Shown piece after piece: positions 1 through 8,724 of a stretch of 64,000 bases of DNA. This DNA comes from Planktotalea sp. (GTDB taxonomy: Bacteria > Pseudomonadota > Alphaproteobacteria > Rhodobacterales > Rhodobacteraceae): contig CBFIGL010000013.1 of assembly GCA_965662135.1 (NCBI GenBank), positions 11,353-75,352 of the forward strand, in the 5' to 3' direction. Under the pieces are notes generated by a model, which ran no database searches, was not told where the DNA came from, and worked only from the letters and a program-made list of their open reading frames with translations. Each line of letters starts with the position of its first letter. The first letter of the stretch is position 1. Both the position numbers and the translations under genes were made by a program.

Positions 1-645
1 CAAAAAACCAAGGTTGAGGCGAATTTGGCTGAAACGCTGGACGAGCGTGAATTCACCGTAGGCGAACTGGAGGACGTCAAATCCCAAATCATGGCCATGG
101 ACCCTGCCATCATCGCGCTGGAAGGTAAGATTGCCGTAGAGCAAGACGCGGCTGCGCGTACCAAACTTGAAACCGAATTGGCCGATATGAACGCCAAGTA
201 TAACGAGCTGGTACAGGACGAGCAGGTAAAACTAGCGAAGTCCCAAACGCTGGAGCGCTACATCGAAAAGGGCAAAACCTGGATCGACTCGCTACAGAAC
301 CAAGCGGCGACGCAAATGGTGCTGATCAACAAATTGCAAACGGACACAAAGCAGCGTGTCGTTCTTTATGATGCGCTGACCAAGTCCTTGAAGACCGCGC
401 AACAGCAAGATGTGGCGCACCGGATCAACGAAATTGGTGTTGAAACAGACCAAGAAGCGCAAACCGCCATGGCGGCGATTGGCACGGCGACGAACCAGCG
501 TATGGCCGACATGATGGAAGCGCATGAAGATCACATGGTCTTTGCGCGTGATGTGCTGGAAGCGAAAGCGAAAGCGGACGAGCGTTTTGCACGCCGCTTT
601 GCGCAGATCGTCGAGAAGCATGATAGCAATGCATATGGTGGGTAA
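1..645 (+). CDS. Helical/coiled-coil protein, distant TelA/KlaA-like (5'-partial)
   Basis: Frame is open from nt 1 (QKTKVEANLAET...), so the gene starts before the window. All-helical, Q/E/K/A-rich. LINKLQ...VLY...QQQ resembles the TelA C-terminal pattern as I recall it. Confidence 0.6.
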   Translation, partial: QKTKVEANLAETLDEREFTVGELEDVKSQIMAMDPAIIALEGKIAVEQDAAARTKLETELADMNAKYNELVQDEQVKLAKSQTLERYIEKGKTWIDSLQNQAATQMVLINKLQTDTKQRVVLYDALTKSLKTAQQQDVAHRINEIGVETDQEAQTAMAAIGTATNQRMADMMEAHEDHMVFARDVLEAKAKADERFARRFAQIVEKHDSNAYGG

Positions 646-1779
646 GTGAACGAAGGAACTGACGTCTCGCGCGATCACGCAGGTCTTGGTGACGCCTTTG
701 CTTCTCGCCGTTACTTTCGCAAGTTCGCCAAGATCACCCAGCATATGATGCGGGTTTCTGCAGTGATGCAGGCGGAAGGACGGCTGAGCAAAGCCGACGT
801 CGAAGTGATTACGCGCTATGTGACGAAACTCTCGTTCACGTTTCGCGCGCTGAGCATGAAATACCTGCTCGTTGGGCGCGACACGGGGCAGTTCTTTGGC
901 TCACTCTCGATGGACACGCGCGAAAGCGGGTTTCCGGTGCATCGCGAATTATTGACCATGGCCAATGACGCGGCGCAGGCGGAAAAGCATCTGGCGAACA
1001 TGCCCTCTGTGACGGAATACAAAGAACAAATGGTGCGCCGGATTGTGGGCGATCAGGAATTGCCGACGAAGCTGCAATTCGCCTTGTCTCAGAGGCTTTA
1101 TTACGAGGAAATTGCGCGCGGTGAATTGTTCTGGGCGCAGAATGACCCTGAATGCGTGTGGGTGGAAAATCTTGCTGATGGGCGGCGCAAATTTCTGATC
1201 CATTGGGCGGTTTATGACAGCCAGGTGAACCTTCCAGTGGTCTATCTGATGGAAATTGAAGATAGCGGCAAAGCTGCTTTGCCAAAGGATCAGTATCGCT
1301 GGCCAGAAGTGCAAGCGCATCTTATGGGGCAAGCGCTCGCTGGGCTCAAACTGCTCACGATCGCAAAAGGGTTTGATGAGGCGTTCAACGATCTGCACCC
1401 CAAAAGCCTGCGACGCTTCCATCTTGGTCCAATGTATTCCCATGGGTACACACGCCAGACTGGCCCTTTGCGCGAGGTCTTGGAAGAAGCGCGCGCGCCA
1501 GAAGGCGAAGATTGGGCGCTGGCGTGGACGCGCGAAGAGCTGGAAAGCGAGCGTGTGGAGAAAGAACGCGCTGGCTGGTTTGGCACTGTGGATCGTGAGG
1601 TCTTTGCACTTGATCCTTTTGCCGGACGCGGCGCTGATACGGGTGCGACGCGAATGGAACGCAGCATTATTCTGCCCGAGCGCCCCTATCAGGTTTTGGA
1701 AGAAAAGAACCCGCCCGGGTTTTCATCCGTGCGCAAATTTGTTGTGGGCGCGGGTGGGCGTGTGCTGAGTTATCGCTAG
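646..1779 (+). CDS. Hypothetical protein, 377 aa
   Basis: Long ORF with host-like codon usage. Its GTG start abuts the upstream TAA. No recognisable motif. Confidence 0.85.
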   Translation: MNEGTDVSRDHAGLGDAFASRRYFRKFAKITQHMMRVSAVMQAEGRLSKADVEVITRYVTKLSFTFRALSMKYLLVGRDTGQFFGSLSMDTRESGFPVHRELLTMANDAAQAEKHLANMPSVTEYKEQMVRRIVGDQELPTKLQFALSQRLYYEEIARGELFWAQNDPECVWVENLADGRRKFLIHWAVYDSQVNLPVVYLMEIEDSGKAALPKDQYRWPEVQAHLMGQALAGLKLLTIAKGFDEAFNDLHPKSLRRFHLGPMYSHGYTRQTGPLREVLEEARAPEGEDWALAWTREELESERVEKERAGWFGTVDREVFALDPFAGRGADTGATRMERSIILPERPYQVLEEKNPPGFSSVRKFVVGAGGRVLSYR

Positions 1780-1842
1780 GCTGCACTGCTGGTCACTGCG
1801 GATGAGTTTATTGGCAAGATGAAGATATTTGGAGTGATTTAG

Positions 1843-3774
1843 ATGAGCGTGACAGCGGATCAGATGGAACTACGTGAAGCGGATATCGAGAAGCATTACG
1901 GTGCGGCCTTGGCGTTGTTACAGGGATTTGATCATGCGCCGCGTGTCGCTAAGCCACGCGAGGCGGCGGTTGAGAAATCTGCGGGACTTGGCACGCGACG
2001 GCGGTTTCGCTCGACCACGCCGGGTCTGGTCACACGCTCGGCTGTGCGCGCTGAAGGGGTGCAGCTGTTGGCGCGGATCGAGGGCGCTGATGGGGGCGAG
2101 GCGCTGGTGTCGCCTGCGCAAGCGACGGTCATGAACGCACTGCGACGCGCTTTGGCGATTTCGATGGCTGTTGCCGAGAACTACGCTGAACAGGTTGGTT
2201 TGTCCGATTTGAAACGTGCCAATTTAGAGGGTGGTGTTTCGGCTGGCAAAAAAGCGGAATTTTCCGAGATGCTTACGGCAGAGGCGCTGATTTCGCTTTA
2301 TGTGTTTGCCTCGGCGTCTTCGGTTTTGCTGGTATCGCATGCGAGCGAAGTGTCAGTGACTTTGGGCGATGTTGAGGAAATTTTGACCGACAACGCGCCT
2401 TTGGCCCTACATGGCGTGCTTTGGGAGTTGGATCAGGACATCGCGGATCATGCGGATGATGACCCTAAGCTGATCGCGACGGTAAGTGCCTACGCAGAAG
2501 CCCTGATGGACAAGATCGCTGCGCGCGCTGGGTCTGCGGGACGTCTGGAGGCGTTTACATCGGCCACTTGGAAGGTCGAGGCGGATGATTTCGTGGTCAA
2601 CGGCTTTAAGCCTGCGTCCAAGGGCAAATCGACAAAGCTGACCATGACCTTCAAGAAGCCCAATGAGGTTGTCGGCAACCACATCGCCAAGTACCAAGCG
2701 ATGAAGCTGGCCAAAATGCTCATGGCCTATGATTTCGAGCGTCGCTTGAACCCTTTCGCGGATCTTGGCGGGTTCATCTTTACTTTCATGGGCGATGGTG
2801 CGCCGGGGACGGGGAAAACCACGCTAATCCAGATGATGGCAGGGCTGATTTCGGGCTATTGCGAGACGGCGGGATATCCGTTCCGTTACCAGAACCTCTC
2901 CACCGACAACATCGACAGTTATCAAGGTAAATCCGGTCAAAACGCTAAGGCGTTTATCAACAATATCATCGATCCATCGGTGATTGGCTTTGGCACGATT
3001 GATGATATCGACCAGCTTGCGGGTAAACGCGGAGATCGACAGTCCAGCGCGGGGCAACTCGAAATTACCGCCGTGCTGATGGAGAGTTTCGCGGGCGCGA
3101 ACACCGTCGTGCGCGGGAATTGTACGTTTGGGATGTTTTCCAATTATCCCGAAAACGTGGACGATGCTTTGCGCCAGCGCGCCGGTGCGCGCTTCTTGGT
3201 GGATGGACCGCAAACGCGCGATGATTATATCGACATCCTTTATCTGCTCATGGGCAAGAACCACGATATTCCGCTGGGCGAGCATGATGTGTTCGAGGCG
3301 CAAGCGATCCAGAAGGCGGTTGCCGCCAGCTTTGCCAGCCATGGACGGCCACATGAGGAAGGATTGGCAGTGGTCTTTGACGCAGTGCAATCGCAAGTGG
3401 GCGAGTTGGATACGATTGCGAAACTGGGCACCTATTTGAAGGGTATTCAGGAGGCGGACGAACGGTTCACAGGCCGCGCGATCAAGAACATCACCGACGC
3501 CGTGAAAGTGCGCGCGATGGACTTTGAACTGCCCGATGAATGGATGGAAAAGCCTGATCTGTTCCTGTTCAAATCCTATGATCAGAAGAAAGGCATGATT
3601 TCTGAGCTACGTCAGCCGATCACGGTGGAGATGGTCATACAAGAGATCAACCGCTACGCCGACAGTGAGTTCCGCTATGCGGATAAATCCGATGAAGTCG
3701 CGATTGACGCGATGGTGCGGGATTATGAGCGCACGGAAGTGGCGAAGAAGCGTTATTTGGAGGGGAAAGCGTGA
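1843..3774 (+). CDS. AAA+ ATPase (classical clade) with ~270-aa helical N-terminal domain
   Basis: Walker A GAPGTGKT, pore loop DSYQGKS, Walker B GTIDDID, sensor-1/SRH SNYPENVDDALRQR. GGAG RBS upstream. Confidence 0.9.
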   Translation: MSVTADQMELREADIEKHYGAALALLQGFDHAPRVAKPREAAVEKSAGLGTRRRFRSTTPGLVTRSAVRAEGVQLLARIEGADGGEALVSPAQATVMNALRRALAISMAVAENYAEQVGLSDLKRANLEGGVSAGKKAEFSEMLTAEALISLYVFASASSVLLVSHASEVSVTLGDVEEILTDNAPLALHGVLWELDQDIADHADDDPKLIATVSAYAEALMDKIAARAGSAGRLEAFTSATWKVEADDFVVNGFKPASKGKSTKLTMTFKKPNEVVGNHIAKYQAMKLAKMLMAYDFERRLNPFADLGGFIFTFMGDGAPGTGKTTLIQMMAGLISGYCETAGYPFRYQNLSTDNIDSYQGKSGQNAKAFINNIIDPSVIGFGTIDDIDQLAGKRGDRQSSAGQLEITAVLMESFAGANTVVRGNCTFGMFSNYPENVDDALRQRAGARFLVDGPQTRDDYIDILYLLMGKNHDIPLGEHDVFEAQAIQKAVAASFASHGRPHEEGLAVVFDAVQSQVGELDTIAKLGTYLKGIQEADERFTGRAIKNITDAVKVRAMDFELPDEWMEKPDLFLFKSYDQKKGMISELRQPITVEMVIQEINRYADSEFRYADKSDEVAIDAMVRDYERTEVAKKRYLEGKA

Positions 3775-3866
3775 AGCGGATGCGGGACATACTCGGCTGG
3801 TTCTTTCTGGTGACACCTGTGGTTTGGGTGGTGCGTTTGTTTATACTGAAACGGGTTAAGCAATGA
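3771..3866 (+). CDS. Putative 31-aa single-pass membrane microprotein MKRMRDILGWFFLVTPVVWVVRLFILKRVKQ
   Basis: Translated by hand. GTGA overlap with the ATPase stop, GGAGGGG RBS, and ATGA overlap with the next gene. Hydrophobic core with basic flanks. Confidence 0.55.
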   Translation: MKRMRDILGWFFLVTPVVWVVRLFILKRVKQ

Positions 3867-4657
3867 TGTATTTTAGGCGAAACTGGCCTTGGATCGTAGG
3901 CACGTTTCTCACTCTACTTATAGGATGCTTTGCATACGTTAGCGCTTGGTTGCCTGCTTGTTATGAAACTTCCGCAGCCGTTATCAACTGCCCAACGAAG
4001 TGGTTCTACTTGAAACAATCGACACCAAACGAGCTTGGGGATACTCTTGCGGGATTTGCAGGAGCTTTGGCCTTTATTTGGATTATTGTGACCGTGGCAA
4101 TGCAAGCTATGGAGCTTTCAGAGCAACGCAAAGAATTTAAAAAAATGGCAGATGCGCAGACGAAGCAAGTTGACCTTTTAATTCAACAAGGAGAAATCTT
4201 TGCAGAAGAACAAAGACAACGCAAAGAACTCGAGACTGCAGAGCTGTTTCTAGAAATCTGTGAAGATGTGTTCGAGTTCTGTCGAAGTTTGGGATATGTG
4301 CGGTGGTTTAGCGACAGACCGAATTCAGTTGAATCGAAGATAAATCTAGAAGTTGAATTTGATGATAGTTGGGGCTGGGAACAGAAATTTGATAGCTTGA
4401 TACACCAGTATGATAGCGTAGATAAACTAAAGTGGCGATGCGAAGATGCTTCCCTTGAACCAGACATTTCCAAGCCAGAATATATTGTTAAACTCTTGGA
4501 AAGTCTAGGAAGAGTTCAGGAATTAGCACCATCGTTGTCTGAAGCCATGCTGCATAGGTACAATAGAATTGACATAATTTCATTGGTTGCACACGTTCAA
4601 GAACTTGATACCAATCCGGTATTTTGGATACCGCCAGTCGCTGAGGAAACACGATGA
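3863..4657 (+). CDS. AT-rich hypothetical membrane protein (2 TM + coiled coil + acidic C-terminal domain)
   Basis: 264-aa ORF, visibly AT-richer than its flanks. Motif PNELGDTLAGFAGALAFIWIIVTV then QAMELSEQRKE. Stop overlaps the next start (ATGA). Confidence 0.75.
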   Translation: MMYFRRNWPWIVGTFLTLLIGCFAYVSAWLPACYETSAAVINCPTKWFYLKQSTPNELGDTLAGFAGALAFIWIIVTVAMQAMELSEQRKEFKKMADAQTKQVDLLIQQGEIFAEEQRQRKELETAELFLEICEDVFEFCRSLGYVRWFSDRPNSVESKINLEVEFDDSWGWEQKFDSLIHQYDSVDKLKWRCEDASLEPDISKPEYIVKLLESLGRVQELAPSLSEAMLHRYNRIDIISLVAHVQELDTNPVFWIPPVAEETR

Positions 4658-6018
4658 TCCACCTCATCCAACGCGGCCTTATGTTTGGGAACCTGATCCA
4701 CGTCGCCGCACCCGCGCTGGTGGAGCGCTACAACCGTGCGCTCAAACATCTCACGCAGAACCAAACAAACCTCACCGAATTTCATATCGATATCTCTGGC
4801 TACTCGCCCGAGATTGGGGATGAGCTGGATGATCATCTCTACCTCAACCACGCGGGGGTGAACCGGCAGTTTATCCTACTCACCACCGATCAAAAGTCAG
4901 CACCTTTGCTCAACGCAAAGTTCTCCACCTCGCGCGAAATTCTTAAGGAATTTATAACCAAGAATGAGCCGCAACTCTTTGCGCTCACAGCGCGCGATGC
5001 GGTGGCGGGGGAGTTGGTGAACTCTGTCTATGCAGTGGATAGCCCTGTAAAACTCTTTGATATCAGGCGGGTCAAGATCGAGGCGGATACAACGACAGGC
5101 ACTGTTGCACAGGCCCAAGCGCTCGCCAACGACGTCGATCGCTTTATGCGTGAAGAAGATGCGTGGTTCGATGATGTGCTGATCGCGAACATGATCAGCA
5201 AGGCCAAGCGCACGGGCGATGTGACGCGCAATCCTGTACGCCTTGATCTGATGGAATTCGAGCAGCGCAACTTCTGGACGGCGCATTTTGGTGGGCTCTA
5301 TGTGTTCCAAGGGATGGATCATCCGGCGGTGATTTCTAGCGGGAGCAAAGCGGCGCTGGGCAAACTGCCGATCAAATATGTGTTCGATACGCAAGACCGC
5401 AATCAGATCGCGAAGTTCCTGGAATATAACGATCTGGTCGAACCGATTATGAAGGCGCGCGGCATAGATGCGGCAGCGATCCTGCGTCAGAAGATGGATT
5501 TCATCGTGATTGATACTGCGCAGGACAGCGGGATTGATCTGGCAGGGGCCACGCGCCGGGACATTCGCGCGCTTGCGCGGGGGCATGCGCAAGATTTGCC
5601 GGAAGAATTCCACGGTCTTGCCGACCTGCTGCGCTGGGCAGAGGAGGGCGGCAGTTGGCCACGCATCACCTCTGATCACCCTGCGTATTTCTACACGCTG
5701 CGCAGTGCGGACCACGGCGACCGCGACTTGGTGAACATGCTGTTGTCTCAGCTTAGCCCCAAAGACGTGCGCCAATTGTTTATTTGCCATAAAGAACTGT
5801 TCTACAAACTCTACGCCACATGGCATGACACCAAAAAATCCTATGTGGCGGATTTTCTGGATCGCGAGTATCAAGTGGACAAAGCAGCTGCGCGCGAAGC
5901 CTTGTTCGGGCATGAAGCCGAAATGGAACAGCCCGCACCGAAACGCGACGGTCCTTGGAGCGTCAGTGACAAAAAGATTGCCGCTGTGGGCCCTTGGGGC
6001 GCAGTGAGGGGGAGATAA
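4654..6018 (+). CDS. DUF6638-like protein
   Basis: N-terminus LIQRGLMFGNL...LVERYNRAL, plus IDISGYSPEI and FWTAHFGGLYVF, recalled from this family. Confidence 0.7.
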   Translation: MIHLIQRGLMFGNLIHVAAPALVERYNRALKHLTQNQTNLTEFHIDISGYSPEIGDELDDHLYLNHAGVNRQFILLTTDQKSAPLLNAKFSTSREILKEFITKNEPQLFALTARDAVAGELVNSVYAVDSPVKLFDIRRVKIEADTTTGTVAQAQALANDVDRFMREEDAWFDDVLIANMISKAKRTGDVTRNPVRLDLMEFEQRNFWTAHFGGLYVFQGMDHPAVISSGSKAALGKLPIKYVFDTQDRNQIAKFLEYNDLVEPIMKARGIDAAAILRQKMDFIVIDTAQDSGIDLAGATRRDIRALARGHAQDLPEEFHGLADLLRWAEEGGSWPRITSDHPAYFYTLRSADHGDRDLVNMLLSQLSPKDVRQLFICHKELFYKLYATWHDTKKSYVADFLDREYQVDKAAAREALFGHEAEMEQPAPKRDGPWSVSDKKIAAVGPWGAVRGR

Positions 6019-6019
6019 G

Positions 6020-6286
6020 ATGATCGCACTCGCACGCTTGCTGGTATTCGGGTTCCTTGGGCTATCTGTTGTCTACGTTTGTCTGTCGCTCTATTCGCGC
6101 TCTGTCCGCCGTGACAAGCTGGAAAAAGAGTGGGACGAAGAGGTCAGGGAAGGCGATCGCGAAGCCTTTGTGCAAGCGGGGCTGTTAGAGTATGATGGGT
6201 CCTTGCGCCGCAAGTTGATCCTTGGGGTCTATGTTGTCCCGATCAGTATCGTTTCGTTTATCATTTATGCCACGAATTTCATGTAA
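6020..6286 (+). CDS. Small 2-TM membrane protein
   Basis: 88 aa, two hydrophobic helices around a charged loop. Starts 1 nt after the upstream stop. Confidence 0.8.
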   Translation: MIALARLLVFGFLGLSVVYVCLSLYSRSVRRDKLEKEWDEEVREGDREAFVQAGLLEYDGSLRRKLILGVYVVPISIVSFIIYATNFM

Positions 6287-6299
6287 GGGAGCCTAATCA

Positions 6300-6920
6300 A
6301 TGGGCTATATAAAATGGGCGTTCTGGATCGGTTTCTGGGTCTTGGTCGCGTCCTTCTTTCACTATACGCTGCCGCAACACGACGTGGCGCGGATTACGGA
6401 CACTTATGAAAAGCGGATCGACTTTGGCGAGAATTCGATCTTCTGGGCGGCTGCTGACACAGGCAATGCTGTCACATCCGTGAACCGCGATGTGTTCTTC
6501 ATCCAAACGCGGCTGAGCAATGACAACGTGATGGTGTATCGCAACGAGGATACAGGCTGGGGATGGCCACCATATTTCAAGTTCGATACCACGAATTTGC
6601 AGGCTGAAGCATCCGATCTCAAATCAGTGGCTGAGACGCCGCAGTGGATTGTGATCAAACATTACGGCTGGCGCAATGAATTCATGTCGATCTTCCCGAA
6701 CGCAGTCAGCGTGCGCGCGGTGGATGATCCTAATGTGCGGATTATTCCGTGGTTGAATATCGGTATTCTGATCGTGTTCTTCGCATTTGCTTGGGCGATC
6801 TGGGTCCGCTGGCGTCGCTTCCGCGAAGCCAATATCGATCCTGTCTTGGAAGACGCAGGCGATAGCATCGCCAACACCAGTGACGGTGTGAAGAAATGGT
6901 TCGGAAGCTGGCGCAAGTAG
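6300..6920 (+). CDS. DUF1523 family membrane protein
   Basis: HYTLP, RDVFFI, VYRNEDTGWGWPPYFKFD and YGWR...SIFPN motifs, with N- and C-terminal TM helices. Confidence 0.8.
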   Translation: MGYIKWAFWIGFWVLVASFFHYTLPQHDVARITDTYEKRIDFGENSIFWAAADTGNAVTSVNRDVFFIQTRLSNDNVMVYRNEDTGWGWPPYFKFDTTNLQAEASDLKSVAETPQWIVIKHYGWRNEFMSIFPNAVSVRAVDDPNVRIIPWLNIGILIVFFAFAWAIWVRWRRFREANIDPVLEDAGDSIANTSDGVKKWFGSWRK

Positions 6921-6942
6921 GTTTTGCCATTTGATACAATAG

Positions 6943-6978
6943 AAAAGCCCCCGCCGAGTTGTTCGGCGGGTGCTTTTT
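6943..6978. terminator. Bidirectional intrinsic terminator
   Basis: AAAAGC-CCCCGCCGA...TCGGCGGG-TGCTTTTT hairpin between convergent genes. Confidence 0.8.
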
Positions 6979-6996
6979 ATTTGGGGATCACAGTGC

Positions 6997-7869
6997 TTAC
7001 CGCTTGCCGTAATACAGGCCGACGACGTGTTCTGCTTGCGCAAAGAACAACCAGCGCGACGTCAATATACCTGCGATGTGGCACAGGACCGCTAAAAGCG
7101 CGAAGATATGACCAAAGGGCAGCAGCAAGAAGATCAGCGGCAGCGCAAAGCCCAGAACCATCGCAATCGCGCGTAGTTTGAAGGCGTGTTTGCGGCCAAC
7201 CACATGGATAAATTCGCGCATCAGGTAGTTGGTGCCGGTGTGCGGAGGTTCAAACGCTTTGACTTTGCCGATATGACCAAGGCCTGTTGCCGTTTCCATG
7301 TTTGTGCCAGAGGCGGCAAAGCGTCCGTCGCCCATGATCCAATAGGCGACTTGTATGCCTGCTGAAATGATTAGGAACGGAATTGCCAGCGTGATTTGAC
7401 CCGCGAGCAAAGCACCGCCTGTGATAGAAAGCGCCATGAACAGCGGGCTTGTCAGGGGCATATTCCAGCGCGGCACTGTCTTGAGCTGCGCGTAGATCAT
7501 CGACGTTGTGTAGACTGTTGCCAGCGACAAGATCGCGCCGATCCCACCGATAAGGCCCCAATGCTGCGCGAAAAACACGCGGCCAATACCGTAAATGCCC
7601 ATAACAACAAGGGCCGCGACTGCGCAGATGCCTTCGCGCGATAGCCAACTAGAGCGCCATTGGCTGAACGCCTTGATTGCGCGCTCAGGATGGCCAAGGT
7701 GAAAGGTTGAAAACAACAGACCACCGACCGCCAAAAGATAGGCAATTGCAAAGAAGACGAAAGCGACGAAGCCAGTGGAACCGGGCATGTTCAACCCAAG
7801 GAAAGCCAGTAGGCCAAAGCCAAGACCCGAGAGCGTGGTGAATAGAATAATCGACGGTGCTGGATGCAT
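6997..7869 (-). CDS. soeC: Sulfite dehydrogenase membrane anchor (DmsC/NrfD-like)
   Basis: Start reassigned to MHPAPSII (7869). HLGHPERA...QWRSSWLSRE and RWLFFAQAEH motifs. Follows soeAB. Confidence 0.85.
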   Translation of the reverse strand: MHPAPSIILFTTLSGLGFGLLAFLGLNMPGSTGFVAFVFFAIAYLLAVGGLLFSTFHLGHPERAIKAFSQWRSSWLSREGICAVAALVVMGIYGIGRVFFAQHWGLIGGIGAILSLATVYTTSMIYAQLKTVPRWNMPLTSPLFMALSITGGALLAGQITLAIPFLIISAGIQVAYWIMGDGRFAASGTNMETATGLGHIGKVKAFEPPHTGTNYLMREFIHVVGRKHAFKLRAIAMVLGFALPLIFLLLPFGHIFALLAVLCHIAGILTSRWLFFAQAEHVVGLYYGKR

Positions 7870-8642
7870 TAGTTCGCTCCTCCAGCTGAGTTGCCAGGTA
7901 GTTTGTCGAGCGCCTTGTCGAGCCAACCCAAAAAGCCGCCAGCGTCTTGCGCCACAGGTTCAAGGTAAGGCGCTAGAATGTCGAATTCTTCCATCGTGTC
8001 CTTGGGGCGTGGGGGCAAGTATTGGTTTACAGGTTTGGTGCCCATTTCTGGCATCAGATCGAAACCACCACGCTCGGCAACCAGTTTGCTGACGTCGGAG
8101 TTTTCATCACCCAAGTCGCCAAAGTGACGCGCGCCAGACGGGCATGTGCGCACGCAAGCTGGCTGGCGATCTTCTTCAGGCAAGTTCTCGTTGTAAATAC
8201 GATCCACGCAGAGCGTGCATTTCTTCATCACCTTCTCAGCCGCATCCATTTCGCGAGCGCCATACGGGCAAGCCCATGCGCACAATCCGCAACCGATGCA
8301 ATCTTGCTCGTTCACCAGAACGATGCCGTCCTCAACACGCTTATAGCTCGCGCCAGTGGGACAAACGGTGACGCAAGGTGCGTCTTCGCAGTGTAGGCAG
8401 GATTTCGGGAAGTGGATCAGCTGCGCCGCGCCTTCATCGGGTTGCACTTCGTAGCTGTGGACACGGTTGAGGAACGTTCCCGATGGATCGCCACCATATG
8501 GGTTTTGATCCGACAGAGGCGCGCCGTAGTTTTCGGTGTTCCAGCCTTTGCAGGACACAACGCAGGCGTGGCAGCCCACGCATGTATCAAGGTCGATAAC
8601 GAGGCCGAGTTTCTTCTGGGTGCTGGTGGGCAGTGTGGTCAT
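7869..8642 (-). CDS. soeB: Sulfite dehydrogenase 4Fe-4S subunit
   Basis: Four Cys clusters: CVGCHAC, CLHCEDAPC, CIGCGLC and KCTLC. Confidence 0.88.
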   Translation of the reverse strand: MTTLPTSTQKKLGLVIDLDTCVGCHACVVSCKGWNTENYGAPLSDQNPYGGDPSGTFLNRVHSYEVQPDEGAAQLIHFPKSCLHCEDAPCVTVCPTGASYKRVEDGIVLVNEQDCIGCGLCAWACPYGAREMDAAEKVMKKCTLCVDRIYNENLPEEDRQPACVRTCPSGARHFGDLGDENSDVSKLVAERGGFDLMPEMGTKPVNQYLPPRPKDTMEEFDILAPYLEPVAQDAGGFLGWLDKALDKLPGNSAGGAN

Positions 8643-8676
8643 GATCTGGCCTCTGCTTTGTTTTGTTGTGTTCGGG

Positions 8677-8722
8677 ACTGGGGCGCTGCCCCAGACCCCG
8701 GGATATTTATGGAGAAAGGAAA
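8677..8722. repeat. REP-like intergenic palindrome
   Basis: CTGGGGC-GCT-GCCCCAG hairpin followed by ACCCCGGGATATTT, between soeA and soeB. Confidence 0.55.
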
Positions 8723-8724
8723 CA

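Noticed and set aside
4897-5913. 338-aa antisense ORF, and similar long shadows at 9739-10740, 35056-35847, 45695-46570 and 47660-48562
   Set aside because: They lie antisense to well-supported genes or pseudogenes, show no motifs, and are expected in GC-rich coding DNA.
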